Assembly (NCBI RefSeq): GCF_009914755.1
Contig: NC_060931.1
Length of the DNA stretch: 64,000 nucleotides
Reading direction: 5' to 3' (one strand)
Source: the human T2T-CHM13v2.0 reference genome, Homo sapiens
The notes under the pieces were generated by a model that was not told the origin of the DNA, ran no database searches, and saw nothing but the letters and a program-made list of their open reading frames with translations. Positions 61,595 to 64,000 of this stretch are shown here, piece by piece. Position 1 is the first letter of the stretch. Each line of letters opens with the position of its first letter. The translations under genes were made by a program, and so were the position numbers.

Positions 61595-63309
61595 TCAGTG
61601 TCCTGATTCTTGTCCCTTAAAAGCTATAGTACAATGTTTTCATTATGTGGTCTGACTTTTAACAAGTACCCCAGATGTGTTAAGTTTGAGAAACTCTGGG
61701 CTATACTGAAGACTGCAGAAAAGTACCTTCTCATCAATGAAATCAGTGATCACTCTCTTCGATGATATTTCCCCAGGCATGACTGGCCTCACAAAGAAAC
61801 TTCCCTTGAGATATGTGCTGTATTCACATGCAAACTTTGATGTGTGCATCTCAGCCAAGTGAGCCTACATGTGTTTGCGCTGGATGTGTACTATTTTGTA
61901 AAGTGAATTCAGAGAGATGGAGAGTTCAGATCAAGAGGAAGCTTGCTCCCTGCCCTCTAACCTCACACCACCCAGCAGAACTTTTTCACCATCTGAAATT
62001 TTTGTTTGTTCATTTATTGCTCATTATCCACCTTCCCAAACCTGAATGTAAACTGTGATATTAAGTACATTGATTGCTTGTTCACAGTGGAGCCCCAGAA
62101 CCTGGCTTAGATACCAACACGTAGGAACCACTGCTACTGTTACTGTTAATGACTCAATGAGCCACGTAGATAGACACGAGTAAAACACAAGCTTTGCCCA
62201 AATAATTGCAGACATTGAGGTGAAGTAGGGATCATAGTGGAGTAAAAAAATGGATAGGATTAGTTTGGGAAACATTTCTAGGAGTGAAATCTGAGAAGCC
62301 TTCTGAAAGGCATAGAGAATGGAAGGTAGGAACTTGTTCCTTCTCTGTAGACCAGTTCAGGCAGAGGCCTTGAAGCGGAAATTGAGAAACTGGTTCTGAA
62401 AAACAAGAAGCACAGTCTGGCTGGAACAGAGGGAACTTGGAGAGGAGAAGTCACAGATGAGAGTGGCCATAGGGTGGTGCTGGGTGAAGGAGAGTTTGAA
62501 GGCAATGGTCAGAAGTTTATATTTGGTCCAGATGGTAATAGCAAGCCACCGGAGGGCCATGTTTACACATTTTCAAAATCCAATTAGGATACCACATGTT
62601 TTTGTGCTGTAATCACCCATTTTGGACCCATTAAATAAATTAGTTGAAAGAGAAAAACAAAGAAAAAAAATAAAACGATGTGTCATTTGATAGCATTAGG
62701 AAATCATGGGATAAATGTATTAAATTGGAATGTTTGACCTGGAACGAAATTAATCCAAATATGGTCTTGATGACTGAGTCTCAAACTGAGCCAGGCCCAC
62801 AGCTGATGTTTGAAAATATGAATGGTTAAAAAACAAACAAACAAACAAAAAGAAATGATGGTGGTTTGGGTGAGGAAAATAGGCATATCTTTCCCTTTGA
62901 AGGGTTTGGACATTCACTTACTGAGGGCAGAAGCCTGGACCTGCTGATTTCTCATGCTCGATTCCAAGCTCTAGATTATGACAGTTCTATAAGAACACTG
63001 GTTGACACGCATGAGGAGGAAGCAGCTGTTTCAGTGGAATTCCCTCTGGAGAGGAAGGAAGTCCAGCCATCCAGATGAGATCAGGCAGAGGGAGGCGGAT
63101 AGAAGAACAAGCAGGCACTCAGAAGAGGGGAGCTGTACAAACCTGGGGTTTCGTGTGTACCTACTGTACATCCTTTCTTTAGCCTCAGCCACAAATTAGA
63201 ACATGCAGAAAAGATAGTAGAAGACAAAAGGGAAGTGAGAAGGTGGACACAGATGCTGCTTTATTGGGAGAAAGTAATAATCTTTGTCTCTTCTGCTAGT
63301 ATGATTTAT

Positions 63310-63490
63310 TTCTTAGAGCCCCCACTATTCAAAGTGTGGTACCCCAACTGGGGTATCCCCCAACCTCTAGGGGAGCTTGTTAGAAATGCAGAAACTCAGA
63401 CCATACCCCAGACTTACTAAATAAGAATCTGATTTAACAATATTTCCCAAGTGTTTCATAAGTAACTAAAGTTTGAGAAGCACTGTGTTA
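63310..63490. mobile_element. MER5-like remnant
   Basis: tcaaagtgtggt...ggagcttgttagaaatgcaga...aaagtttgagaagcactg. Confidence 0.75.
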
Positions 63491-64000
63491 GAGTTTGGAG
63501 CAAACTAAATAAAATAAAACTCAAGGTGAGAAAAAGTTAGAGAATTATAATCCCACAGGACAGAAAACAGTGTAAATCATCCCACCTCCCTCCCAATGGA
63601 ACTGGATAGGTTATACAAATTACTACAGACCTACCCACATATATTCAACCATAGAAACTCTTGATTCACAGGTATACATTTTTGTATACAGATAGATGCC
63701 ACTGGGAATGCACTGGTGGGAAAATTCCTGCTGTTCCAACCCCGAATCAGCTTGTTTTTTTCTTTACACTGTGGCTTTAGAGCTACTGTCTTTTCCCTCA
63801 ATCACGCCCAGTTCCCTTCATCGGTGGTGTTTTACGTTCTTTCTCTGTTTCACTTCATATTCCACACTTGCATCTTTCTCGAGTGCAGCCCCAGCTAAAC
63901 CAATAACTGTGGAAGCCAAATGGAGACAGTTTGAACTGGAATCATTTGCCATTCAGCTGGAAAAATAATGATTCCCCAGTTTCTCAAGTGTGGAAATTTC

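Overview
Primate (very likely human) non-coding genomic DNA, roughly half transposon-derived. I recognise no host protein-coding gene, RNA gene or prokaryotic system. The first 12 kb is a nested, chimeric pair of dead LINE-1s on the minus strand: a near full-length L1PA5-like element sits inside ORF2 of an L1PA7-like element and shares the older element's 3' end. The rest holds a solo LTR12, MER41B, LTR40, several MaLR LTRs, a near full-length Tigger1 (with a nested Alu and a MADE1 remnant), eight Alus plus an Alu monomer, L2/MIR/MER5 remnants and microsatellites. Unexplained structure: (i) a ~345-bp non-repeat segment duplicated 1.76 kb apart with strongly asymmetric CpG loss; (ii) a (TTAGGG)3 tract next to a 112-bp locally templated insertion bracketed by 16-bp inverted repeats; (iii) several chained fold-back hairpins; (iv) phase-compatible minus-strand splice-site pairs that could form a lncRNA or small-ORF transcript (speculative). 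Subfamily names come from recalled consensus sequences, not a RepeatMasker run, and boundaries of old repeats are approximate.
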